Of a stretch of DNA of 14,294 nucleotides, positions 1 through 7,237 are shown piece by piece. Each line of letters begins with the position of its first letter. Within the stretch, counting starts at the first letter, position 1. Under the pieces are notes generated by a model. It was not told the DNA's origin. It saw only the letters and a program-made list of their open reading frames with translations, and searched no databases. The stretch covers positions 10,866 to 25,159 of the forward strand of contig JBGAQA010000007.1 in NCBI GenBank assembly GCA_044220955.1, in the 5' to 3' direction. The position numbers and the translations under genes are program-made. This DNA comes from Sandaracinaceae bacterium (GTDB taxonomy: Bacteria > Myxococcota_A > Polyangia > Polyangiales > Sandaracinaceae).

Positions 1-356
1 CGCAGCAGGACGGAGAAGTTGTCTCCGAACTGGAACTCCTCGGACTCGCTGCCGCTGACGAGGGTGCCTTCGCCCGTGGCTGCGACCACGCCGTTCCAGG
101 CACCGCCGCATGCGAGCGGCGCGAGGCCCGCGACGCAGGTCGTGAACGCGTCGAGCGCGTCGTCGCACTCGGGGCTCACGGTCCGGATGAAGTCGAGGCG
201 CGGCTGGCACGCCTCGGCCGGCCCGCCGCAGCCGGGCGTGCGCGCGAGCACGGCGCAGAAGTCTCCGCTCGGCGCGCCCCGGCAGCCGCCCACGCTCAGC
301 GCGAGCGCCGAGGCGGTGACGAGAGCGAACGCCGGCGCGCGGGACCGTTCCGACAC
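1..356 (-). CDS. Cys-rich putative lipoprotein, partial (runs off the left edge; not in ORF track)
   Basis: Manual translation from GTG at 356: MSERSRAPAFALVTASALALSVGG-C-RGAPSGDFCAVLARTPGCGGPAEACQPRLDFIRTVSPECDDALDAFTTCVAGLAPLACGG... Open to position 1, G/C-rich third positions, signal peptide with lipobox-like VGGC, 7 Cys in 118 codons. Confidence 0.8.
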   Translation of the reverse strand, partial: MSERSRAPAFALVTASALALSVGGCRGAPSGDFCAVLARTPGCGGPAEACQPRLDFIRTVSPECDDALDAFTTCVAGLAPLACGGAWNGVVAATGEGTLVSGSESEEFQFGDNFSVLL

Positions 357-363
357 CGAGGGC

Positions 364-392
364 AAGCTGTGATGCGTGCCCAGGCCCGTCAA
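364..392 (-). promoter_or_regulatory. sigma70-type promoter for the 356 gene (probably leaderless)
   Basis: Minus strand reads TTGACG (392-387), 17 nt, CAGCTT (369-364), 7 nt, GTG (356). No SD. Confidence 0.55.
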
Positions 393-487
393 TCGAGGGA
401 CGCTCGATCGCGCACGCTCGTTCCACCCGTCTCTCGCGCCGCGCGCCGCGGTGCCTATGAAGCGATGCTCGCCAGGCTGCCGCTCCC

Positions 488-1684
488 TCAGCTCACGATC
501 CCCATCTCGCGGCCGATCTTCGTGAACGCGGCGATCGCACGATCCACGTGCTCCGGCGTGTGGGCCGCGCTCATCTGCGTGCGGATGCGCGCCTTGCCCT
601 TCGGCACGACCGGGAACGAGAAGCCGATGACGTAGATCCCCTCTTCGAGCAGGCGCTGCGCCATCTCGCTCGCGATCTTCGCGTCGCCGATCATCACCGG
701 CACGATCGGGTGGCCGGCCCCCGCGAGCGTGAAGCCCGCCTTCGTCATGCCGTCGCGGAAGCGCGCCGCGTTCTCGCGCACCCGCACGCGTAGCGCGTCG
801 CTCTTCTCGAGCAGGTCCAGGCAGGCGATCGACGTCGCGGCGATCGCGGGCGCCAGCGAGTTCGAGAAGAGGTAGGGCCGCGAGCGCTGCCGTAGCCACT
901 CCACGATCGGCCCGCGCGCCGCGGTGTAGCCGCCGCTCGCCCCCCCGAGCGCCTTGCCGAGCGTCCCGGTGATCACGTCCACGCGCCCGAGCACGCCGCA
1001 GTGCTCGTGCGTCCCCTTGCCCTTCTCGCCGACGAAGCCGACGGCGTGGCTGTCGTCGACCATCGTCATCGCGCCGTAGCGGTCCGCGAGATCGCAGATC
1101 GGACCGAGGCGCGCGATGATCCCGTCCATCGAGAAGACGCCGTCGGTGGCGACGAGGATCCGCTTCGCGCCGTCGGCGCGCGCCTGCTTCAGCTGCACTT
1201 CGAGGTCCGCGAGGTCGTCGTTGGCGTAGCGGTAGCGCTTGGCCTTGCAGAGGCGCACACCGTCGATGATCGACGCGTGGTTGAGCGCGTCGCTGATGAT
1301 CGCATCCTCCTCGCCGAGCATCGCCTCGAACAGGCCCCCGTTCGCATCGAAGCAGCTCGAGTACAGGATCGCGTCGTCGGTCCCGAGGAAGCTCGCCAGG
1401 CGCCGCTCGAGCTCCTTGTGCAGCGACTGAGTCCCGCAGATGAAGCGCACGCTCGCCATGCCGTAGCCGTGCGTGTCGAGCGCGGCCTTCGCCGCCGCCA
1501 CGAGCGTCGGATCGTTGGCCAGGCCCAGGTAGTTGTTCGCGCAGAAGTTCAGGACCTCGCGGCCCTCGGTCGTCGAGATCAGAGCTCCCTGCGGCGACGT
1601 GATCTGCCGCTCGGCCTTGTAGAGCCCCTGCTCCCGCAAGCCCTTGAGCTCGCGCTCGAGGTGGGCGAGGTAGTCCTTGTCCAT
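488..1684 (-). CDS. kbl: 2-amino-3-ketobutyrate CoA ligase (glycine C-acetyltransferase), PLP-dependent
   Basis: 398 aa with Kbl motifs [52 protein letters not shown] (PLP Lys), [33 protein letters not shown]. Confidence 0.96.
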   Translation of the reverse strand: MDKDYLAHLERELKGLREQGLYKAERQITSPQGALISTTEGREVLNFCANNYLGLANDPTLVAAAKAALDTHGYGMASVRFICGTQSLHKELERRLASFLGTDDAILYSSCFDANGGLFEAMLGEEDAIISDALNHASIIDGVRLCKAKRYRYANDDLADLEVQLKQARADGAKRILVATDGVFSMDGIIARLGPICDLADRYGAMTMVDDSHAVGFVGEKGKGTHEHCGVLGRVDVITGTLGKALGGASGGYTAARGPIVEWLRQRSRPYLFSNSLAPAIAATSIACLDLLEKSDALRVRVRENAARFRDGMTKAGFTLAGAGHPIVPVMIGDAKIASEMAQRLLEEGIYVIGFSFPVVPKGKARIRTQMSAAHTPEHVDRAIAAFTKIGREMGIVS

Positions 1685-1691
1685 GGCGCGG

Positions 1692-1697
1692 AGCCTA
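1692..1697 (-). promoter_or_regulatory. -10 element for leaderless kbl
   Basis: TAGGCT then 7 nt then ATG (1684); no SD. Confidence 0.55.
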
Positions 1698-1720
1698 CTA
1701 CCGCGCGCCGAGGCTCGAGG

Positions 1721-2314
1721 TCAGAAATGGTACCGGATGATCACGTCGAGGCGTCGGTGGTCGCTCGTGGCCCCACGCGTCTCGATCGGCGCGCGCACCA
1801 CGCCCATGAGATCGACCACCGCCTCGATCCCGCCGATCACGTCCTCCCAGATCCGTGGCGTGAAGCCGACGTAGTCGTCGAATCGGAACTGCAGGTAGCC
1901 CTCGTGCCCCTCGATCAGCTCGACGCGCCCGCCCTCCCAGTAGCGCGCCATCACCTTCACGCCGTTCTTCAGCGCGGCGTTCGGGCTCACCACGAGCTGC
2001 AGGATGCGGAACAGCGTCTTGAAGTCGTCCGTCACGGCCTCGCGCGTGAGCGCGCGGATCGCCGTGCGCTCGGTCGGGTACTCTTCCTCCACCGCGGCGA
2101 GCAGTGCGTCGTACCACCGCGCGGGGTACCAGCCGCCCGTCACGACGGCTCCGGTGCGCAGCGCCTCGCCCGCCTCGCCCTCGACGCGCGCGAGCACGCG
2201 CTCGAGCAGCGCCCGGCCTCCCCGCCGCTCGAGCTGCTTCATCACGCCGCGGAAGTTCACGCCCTTGGCGCGGACGGGCGCCGTCGGGAGCGCGCTGGTC
2301 GCGGGCGAGGCCAC
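1721..2314 (-). CDS. Hypothetical protein resembling the myxobacterial TIGR02265/DUF2378 family
   Basis: 197 aa, typical codon bias. N-terminal KGxxF helix, 'GGWYP' motif and a C-terminal G..E....M.G/beta-strand pattern recalled from that family; family call is from memory, not a search. Confidence 0.7.
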   Translation of the reverse strand: MASPATSALPTAPVRAKGVNFRGVMKQLERRGGRALLERVLARVEGEAGEALRTGAVVTGGWYPARWYDALLAAVEEEYPTERTAIRALTREAVTDDFKTLFRILQLVVSPNAALKNGVKVMARYWEGGRVELIEGHEGYLQFRFDDYVGFTPRIWEDVIGGIEAVVDLMGVVRAPIETRGATSDHRRLDVIIRYHF

Positions 2315-2320
2315 GACCGG

Positions 2321-2351
2321 AGCCTACCAAACGCGCCGACGCTGGTAGAGT
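2321..2351. promoter_or_regulatory. Back-to-back extended -10 promoters in a 46-bp divergent gap
   Basis: Minus strand TG-G-TAGGCT (hexamer 2326-2321), 6 nt before GTG 2314. Plus strand TG-G-TAGAGT (hexamer 2346-2351), 9 nt before ATG 2361. Confidence 0.6.
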
Positions 2352-2360
2352 CGTCGCCCC

Positions 2361-3932
2361 ATGACCGACCCCGAAGGCTTCGTCCGCCCGACGTTCCCCG
2401 AGCGCTTCAACATGGCCGACTGGTTCCTCGACGCGCGGGTGCGAGAGGGCAAAGCAGAGCGGATCGCGGTGAAGGTCGGTGATCGGTCGTGGACGTACGC
2501 CGAGGTGCAAGCGCTGGCCAACCGCGTCAGCCACGCGCTGCGCGACCGCGACATCGACCTCGAGGACCGCGTGCTCCTGCTGCTGCCCGACGGCATCGAG
2601 TTCGCGGTGAGCTGGTTCGGCATCCTCAAGGCGGGCGCCGTGTTCTGCATGGGCAACCCGCTCGGCACCGAGGAGGATCTCGACCACCTCGTGACCTACA
2701 CGCGGGCGCGCGCCGTGATCGCCCACGCGTCGGTGATGGACCGACTCGGCCCTGTCCTCGCGCGTCACCGCCGCTGTCGCGTGCGCTTCATCGTCGGCGG
2801 GGGCGAGCTGCCGGAGGACGGCGAGCACTTCGAGGACGCGATCGTCGGTGCCTCGGAGCGCACCCAGAACGCCGACACGTCGCGCGACGACGTGGCGGGC
2901 TGGCTCTTCACCTCGGGCACGACTGGCAAGCCCAAGGGGGCGGTCCACTTCCACCACGACTTCCCCTACAACGCCGAGTGCTACCCGAAGCACGTCCTCG
3001 GGCTGCGCGAGGACGACGTGTTCCTGAGCGTCTCGCGCCTCTTCTTCGGCTACGCCACCGGCACGAACCTCATGTTCCCCTTCGCGTTCGGGGGCACGGC
3101 GGTGTTCTTCCCGGAGAAGCCCACGCCCGAGAAGCTCTTCGCCGAGATCGAGAAGCACGGCGTCACCGTGCTCTCGAACGTGCCGGCGATGATCCGGCAG
3201 ATGGCCGACCACGCGGACGCCGACAGGCATGCGCTGCGCTCGCTGCGCATGTGCCTCTCCGCGGGCGAGGCTCTCCCACCGAGCCTCTACGATCGCTGGA
3301 GGTCGCGCGGGTGGTGCGAGATCCTCGACGGCATCGGCTCGGCCGAGCTCTTCCACATCTACATCTCCAACTACCCGGGCGAGGTGAAGGCCGCCTCGCT
3401 CGGGCGCCTCGTCCCCGGCTACGACGCGCGCGTGGTGGGCCCCGACGGCACCGACGTGCCCGAGGGCGAGATGGGCCGCCTCTGGGTGCGCGGCGACAGC
3501 GCGGCGCTCTGCTACTTCGGCGACCAGGAGAAGAGCAAGGCCACCTTCGTCGGCGGCGACTGGGTCGTGAGCGCCGATCTCTTCCGCAAGGAGGGCGACT
3601 ACTTCTATTACGCCGGTCGTGGCGACGACATGCTCAAGGTGCGCGGCATGTTCGTCTCGCCGCTCGAGATCGAGGACTGCCTCGCCACGCACCCCGCGGT
3701 GAAGGAGTGCTGCGTCGTCGGCGCCGTGGACGAGGAGGGCCTGAGCGTGCCGAAGGCCGTCGTCGTGCTGCGCGATGGCCACGTGCCCAGCGACGCGATG
3801 ATCAGCGCGCTGCAGGATCACGCGAAGAGCAAGCTCGCGCGCTACAAGTTCCCGCGCATCGTGCGCTTCGTCGCCGCGCTGCCGCGCTCCGACCGCGGCA
3901 AGATCCTGCGTCGCGAGCTCCAGGACACCTGA
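2361..3932 (+). CDS. Benzoate-CoA ligase family acyl-CoA synthetase (ANL adenylate-forming superfamily)
   Basis: 523 aa; P-loop FTSGTTGKPKG, RLFFGY, SAGEALP, DGIGSAELFHI (BCL-type DGIGSTExxHI), GRGDDMLKV, LPRSDRGK. Confidence 0.9.
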   Translation: MTDPEGFVRPTFPERFNMADWFLDARVREGKAERIAVKVGDRSWTYAEVQALANRVSHALRDRDIDLEDRVLLLLPDGIEFAVSWFGILKAGAVFCMGNPLGTEEDLDHLVTYTRARAVIAHASVMDRLGPVLARHRRCRVRFIVGGGELPEDGEHFEDAIVGASERTQNADTSRDDVAGWLFTSGTTGKPKGAVHFHHDFPYNAECYPKHVLGLREDDVFLSVSRLFFGYATGTNLMFPFAFGGTAVFFPEKPTPEKLFAEIEKHGVTVLSNVPAMIRQMADHADADRHALRSLRMCLSAGEALPPSLYDRWRSRGWCEILDGIGSAELFHIYISNYPGEVKAASLGRLVPGYDARVVGPDGTDVPEGEMGRLWVRGDSAALCYFGDQEKSKATFVGGDWVVSADLFRKEGDYFYYAGRGDDMLKVRGMFVSPLEIEDCLATHPAVKECCVVGAVDEEGLSVPKAVVVLRDGHVPSDAMISALQDHAKSKLARYKFPRIVRFVAALPRSDRGKILRRELQDT

Positions 3933-3939
3933 CCGAAGG

Positions 3940-3976
3940 CCCTCTGCCCGTCGCGGGGAGAGGGTTGGGTGAGGGG
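3940..3976. repeat. BoxC-like intergenic palindromic element between convergent genes; may act as a terminator
   Basis: CCCTCTGCCCG-TCG-CGGGGAGAGGG imperfect hairpin followed by a purine-rich tail TTGGGTGAGGGG. One copy in this window. Confidence 0.55.
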
Positions 3977-3978
3977 AC

Positions 3979-4410
3979 TCAGGGCCGGACGACGACCGTG
4001 CCGCTCGTCACGGGCGGCGCGACCACCACCGAGCCGCTCGGGCCCGAGGGCGCGACCACGACGGTGCCGCTGCTGCTCGGCGCGCTCGGGGCGGTGACGA
4101 CCACGCCGCCGCCGTAGCCGTACGTCGGCTGCGCATACCCGTAGCCGCCGTAGCTGCTGCCATAGCCGTAGCTGGGCTGCGCATACCCGTAGCTCGGCTG
4201 CGCGTAGCCGTAGCTCGGTGCGTACCCGCCGCCGTAGTACGTCGTCTGCGTCACGCCGTAGCCGCGGCTGTAGCTCGAGCCGGAGTAGCCGCGCTGGTAG
4301 CCCCCGCCGCGGTAGTAGCCGCGCCCGTAGTACCCGTACGGCGCGCACCCGGGGGCGAGCGAGAGGGCGACGAAACCGAGGGCGAGGAGCAGCAGATTGG
4401 TGCGGCGCAT
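3979..4410 (-). CDS. Gly/Tyr/Ser-rich low-complexity repeat lipoprotein, 143 aa
   Basis: Start moved from 4572 to ATG 4410, which has SD GGAGGT (4420-4415). Signal peptide MRRTNLLLLALGFVALSLAPG-C, then GY repeats and four VVV-containing repeats. Confidence 0.85.
   Translation of the reverse strand: MRRTNLLLLALGFVALSLAPGCAPYGYYGRGYYRGGGYQRGYSGSSYSRGYGVTQTTYYGGGYAPSYGYAQPSYGYAQPSYGYGSSYGGYGYAQPTYGYGGGVVVTAPSAPSSSGTVVVAPSGPSGSVVVAPPVTSGTVVVRP
4114..4230 (-). repeat. Coding tandem repeat, about 21-bp unit (GYAQPSY)
   Basis: Peptide units GYAPSY, GYAQPSY, GYAQPSY, GYGSSY, GYAQPTY, with synonymous variation between DNA copies. Confidence 0.75.
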
Positions 4411-4432
4411 GGCCACCTCCGACTCTGCTTGG

Positions 4433-4449
4433 AGCATACGCGGTGCCAA
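4433..4449 (-). promoter_or_regulatory. sigma-54 (-24/-12) promoter candidate
   Basis: Minus strand TTGGCACCGCGTATGCT: exact GG-N10-GC spacing, close to TGGCAC-N5-TTGCW. Predicted TSS near 4422, just upstream of the SD. Confidence 0.65.
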
Positions 4450-4570
4450 CGGATTGGATCGCCGGTTTCGGCCGCGATCCGTGCGATCGGGCACGCGGAC
4501 GGCGAGGCGAATCGACCCGCCGTGCTCGGATCGAGACCTTCCGTTCACGGCGTGGATGTAGTCTGCCGGC

Positions 4571-5089
4571 ATGTCGATCTTCGCTGCGATCGCCTACCTG
4601 CTCCTGTTCGCGTTCTCCGCGATTTCGCTCGTGGTCGACGGCGTGCGGAGCAGCGAGACCATGATGGCGGTCGTGATCCCGCTCGGCCTCGCGCAGCTGA
4701 TGTGGATGTGGGCCGTCTTCCGTGCGTGGTCGGCGGCGACGAACGTCGTGCGCGGCGTCATCTCCGCGCTGCTCACGTCGATCCCGGTGCTGGGCGCGCT
4801 CGCGAACATCGTCATCATCGGCGGCTTCGGTCAAGCGGCGAACGACACCCTCGGCGCGGGCCCGTCGCCGACGCCCGTCGGTACCGGTCTGTTCCGCGCG
4901 TATCCGTTCGTCGCGATCGCCTGCTCGCTCGCCGTGGCTGTCGGGAGCGTCCTGGCGGATCACGGAGGTCGCGGGCCTGGTGAGCTCGCCATGCTCGGCG
5001 GCGCCGTCGTCGTCTGTCTGCTCCAGGCCGTCGTTCTGGCGCGCTTGCTCTCGACCGCGAAGCTGCTGCGCGCTCGCACCGCGAAGTGA
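4571..5089 (+). CDS. Hypothetical integral membrane protein (about 4-5 TM helices)
   Basis: 172 aa, several hydrophobic segments, typical codon bias; TAGTCT (4559-4564) lies 6 nt before the ATG. Confidence 0.75.
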   Translation: MSIFAAIAYLLLFAFSAISLVVDGVRSSETMMAVVIPLGLAQLMWMWAVFRAWSAATNVVRGVISALLTSIPVLGALANIVIIGGFGQAANDTLGAGPSPTPVGTGLFRAYPFVAIACSLAVAVGSVLADHGGRGPGELAMLGGAVVVCLLQAVVLARLLSTAKLLRARTAK

Positions 5090-5095
5090 CGCGCG

Positions 5096-5866
5096 TCAGC
5101 GGGGTGCACGCTCCCGCGCGGCGGGCTTCTCGAGGATGAACAGGTAGTTGAACCCGCGCAGGAAGAAGTTCCCCTCTTCGGCTGCGCGCCGGTAGTTGCC
5201 CATCGCGAGCGTCTTGTGGTGCCGCACGACGCTCACGATGTCGACGGGGCGCAGCCTGCGGATCGCCAGCGCGAAGAGCTCGAAGCCCACGCAGGCGAGG
5301 CCCTTCTTCTTCTCGAAGTAGTCGCAGCAGAAGAGGCCCAGGTGACCCCCGGGCGCGAGCACCCGCGTACACTCGTCGAGCACGGCGCCCATCGCCTCGT
5401 AGTAGCGCGGGTCGTAGGCGGAGAGCTTGCCGATGCACGCCGCGTCCGGCGAGTAGTCGATGTGGTCGCCCCAGGGCGGGTCGATGAAGACGAGCTGCGC
5501 CGCGCCGCTGGGCACCGGGAGCTTGCGCGCGTCGGCGCGCTCGACGTCCGGCCGTGTCGGGGACAGATCGAAGCCCCGTGCGCGCCGCTCCGTGTCCCGA
5601 CAGACGTCGAGCGTCGTGCCCGAGCCGCACATCGGATCGACGACGAGGTCGCCGGGTCTGGTGTAGCGCTGGACGAGGTTCCAGATCACCCACGACGGCG
5701 TGGCCCCGACGTAGCGAGAGCTGCCTTGCTCGCCCTGCCCGTAGTGCTGGGAGGGGTACTCCCAGAGCGTCGTGGGCTGAAGGCGCAGCGGCGGACGGTC
5801 CAGGCGCGCCGGGCGGGCGCCCGGTGCGCGTCGGCGCGGACCATGGGGGGGAGGGGTACGCTGCAT
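5096..5866 (-). CDS. SAM-dependent amino-methyltransferase (N6/N4 DNA MTase-like or Trm11/UPF0020-like), orphan
   Basis: 256 aa; motif I VVDPMCGSGTT, motif II GFDL, motif III ADAR, motif IV FIDPPW, RVLAPGG. SD AGGA (5877-5874) 7 nt before the ATG. Confidence 0.85.
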   Translation of the reverse strand: MQRTPPPHGPRRRAPGARPARLDRPPLRLQPTTLWEYPSQHYGQGEQGSSRYVGATPSWVIWNLVQRYTRPGDLVVDPMCGSGTTLDVCRDTERRARGFDLSPTRPDVERADARKLPVPSGAAQLVFIDPPWGDHIDYSPDAACIGKLSAYDPRYYEAMGAVLDECTRVLAPGGHLGLFCCDYFEKKKGLACVGFELFALAIRRLRPVDIVSVVRHHKTLAMGNYRRAAEEGNFFLRGFNYLFILEKPAARERAPR

Positions 5867-5886
5867 CTGGACGTCCTGCCCGCCGG

Positions 5887-5894
5887 ACTATAAT
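5887..5894. promoter_or_regulatory. Overlapping bidirectional -10 elements
   Basis: ACTATAAT contains TATAAT on + (5889-5894, 9 nt before ATG 5904) and TATAGT on - (5892-5887, 20 nt before ATG 5866). Confidence 0.65.
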
Positions 5895-5903
5895 GGAAAC
5901 CCC

Positions 5904-7229
5904 ATGACCCCCTCGCGCCGACTCGCGGCTGCGCTCGCGCTCTTCGCTCCGGCCGTCCTCGCTCTCGCGCCCGCCGTCGCGCGCGCCGACTTCTTCGGCG
6001 ACGTGAACGACTCGTTCACGACGGCGCTCGGGTCGGGCAACTACCTCGTCGCGCTCCCGCTCATCTACGTCGTCGGGCTGCTGACCGCGCTCACGCCCTG
6101 CGTCTACCCGATGATCGTGATCACGGTCAGCGTCTTCGGCGCGCGCCAGGCCAAGAGCAAGGGCGAGGCGGCGCTGCTCTCCTCGGCGTTCGTGCTCGGG
6201 ATCGTCGCGCTCTTCACCCCGGTCGGCGTCGCGGTCGGGCTCACCGGAGCCGCCTTCGGATCGTGGCTCGCGAGCCCCTGGGTCGTCGTCCCGATCGCCG
6301 TGCTCCTGCTGGTGCTCTCGACGAGCATGTTCGGCGCGTTCGAGCTGAACCTGCCGCCTTCGCTCCAGAACTACTTCGCGAGCGTCGGCGGCATCGGCTA
6401 CCGCGGCGCGTTCGGTCTCGGGCTCGTCTCCGCGTTCGTCGCCGCGCCCTGCACGGGCCCCGCGCTCATCGGCCTGCTCACCTACATCGCCGACACGCAC
6501 GACTGGGTGTTCGGCGGTACCGCGATGGCGTTCTACTCGCTCGGCCTCGGCACGCTCTTCTTCGTCGTCGGCACCTTCTCCGCGGCGCTGCCGAAGAGCG
6601 GCGCCTGGATGAACCACGTCAAGAGCGTCTTCGGGATCCTCCTGATCGTGATGGCGTTCTACTTCGTGCGCGAGTTCCTCCCGGGCTACCGCCTCATCCG
6701 GCACGACCCGCTCGTGGCCGGAGTGGCGCTCGCGCTCGTGGTGGGCGGCCTCGTCGCGGGCGCCGTGCACCTCGACTTCCACGAGCCGAGCGTCGCGATC
6801 CGTGCGCGCAAGGGCGCCGGGATCTTGCTCGCCTCGGCGGGCGGCTTCGGGTTCGCGGCCTGGCTCGTCGCCGCGCCGCCGGGCCTGCACTGGCGAGAGG
6901 ACGCGCGTGCCGCGATCGACGAGGCGCGCGCGAGCCACACGCCCTACATCGTCGACTTCGGCGCGAGCTGGTGTGGGGCGTGCGGCGAGCTCGAGCGCAA
7001 CACGTTTCCCGACCCCCGCGTGCAGGCGGAGGGCAGTCGCTTCGTCGCCGTGCACGTCGATCTCTCCCCGGGGCGCGACCTCACCGAGGGTCGCGCGCTG
7101 CTCGCGAGCTACGACCAGCGCGGCCTGCCGCTCGTGGTCATGCACGACTCCGCGGGCAACGAGGTCCACCGCGTCGTCGAATTCGTCGAGCCCGACGAGC
7201 TGCTCGACCTCATGCAAGACGTGGACTGA
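5904..7229 (+). CDS. dsbD: DsbD/CcdA-family thiol:disulfide interchange protein (TM beta domain plus thioredoxin gamma domain; no alpha domain)
   Basis: 441 aa; signal-like N-terminus (ARA/D), LTPCVYPM and APCTGP TM cysteines, LPKSGAWM, C-terminal VDFGASWCGAC and GLP cis-Pro loop. Confidence 0.88.
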   Translation: MTPSRRLAAALALFAPAVLALAPAVARADFFGDVNDSFTTALGSGNYLVALPLIYVVGLLTALTPCVYPMIVITVSVFGARQAKSKGEAALLSSAFVLGIVALFTPVGVAVGLTGAAFGSWLASPWVVVPIAVLLLVLSTSMFGAFELNLPPSLQNYFASVGGIGYRGAFGLGLVSAFVAAPCTGPALIGLLTYIADTHDWVFGGTAMAFYSLGLGTLFFVVGTFSAALPKSGAWMNHVKSVFGILLIVMAFYFVREFLPGYRLIRHDPLVAGVALALVVGGLVAGAVHLDFHEPSVAIRARKGAGILLASAGGFGFAAWLVAAPPGLHWREDARAAIDEARASHTPYIVDFGASWCGACGELERNTFPDPRVQAEGSRFVAVHVDLSPGRDLTEGRALLASYDQRGLPLVVMHDSAGNEVHRVVEFVEPDELLDLMQDVD

Positions 7230-7237
7230 CGGCGGCC

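Noticed and set aside
4114..4230. 21-bp periodic repeats as a CRISPR array
   Set aside because: No unique spacers, variation is synonymous within a reading frame, and no cas genes are present.
4411..4572. N-terminal extension of the 3979..4572 ORF
   Set aside because: ATG 4410 has a strong SD, begins a clean signal peptide and lies just downstream of a promoter motif; the extension overlaps the divergent gene's start.
5845..5856. G7-A-G4 tract at the 5' end of the methyltransferase as a phase-variation switch
   Set aside because: A run of 7 is short for slipped-strand switching in a GC-rich genome and the frame is intact; only read-level length variation would support it.
6263..7237. N-terminal half of the 629-aa ORF, suggesting an Lgt fusion or frameshift
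   Set aside because: It overlaps dsbD in another frame and is Arg/Pro-rich noise; dsbD ends normally and Lgt-like sequence starts only after 7238.
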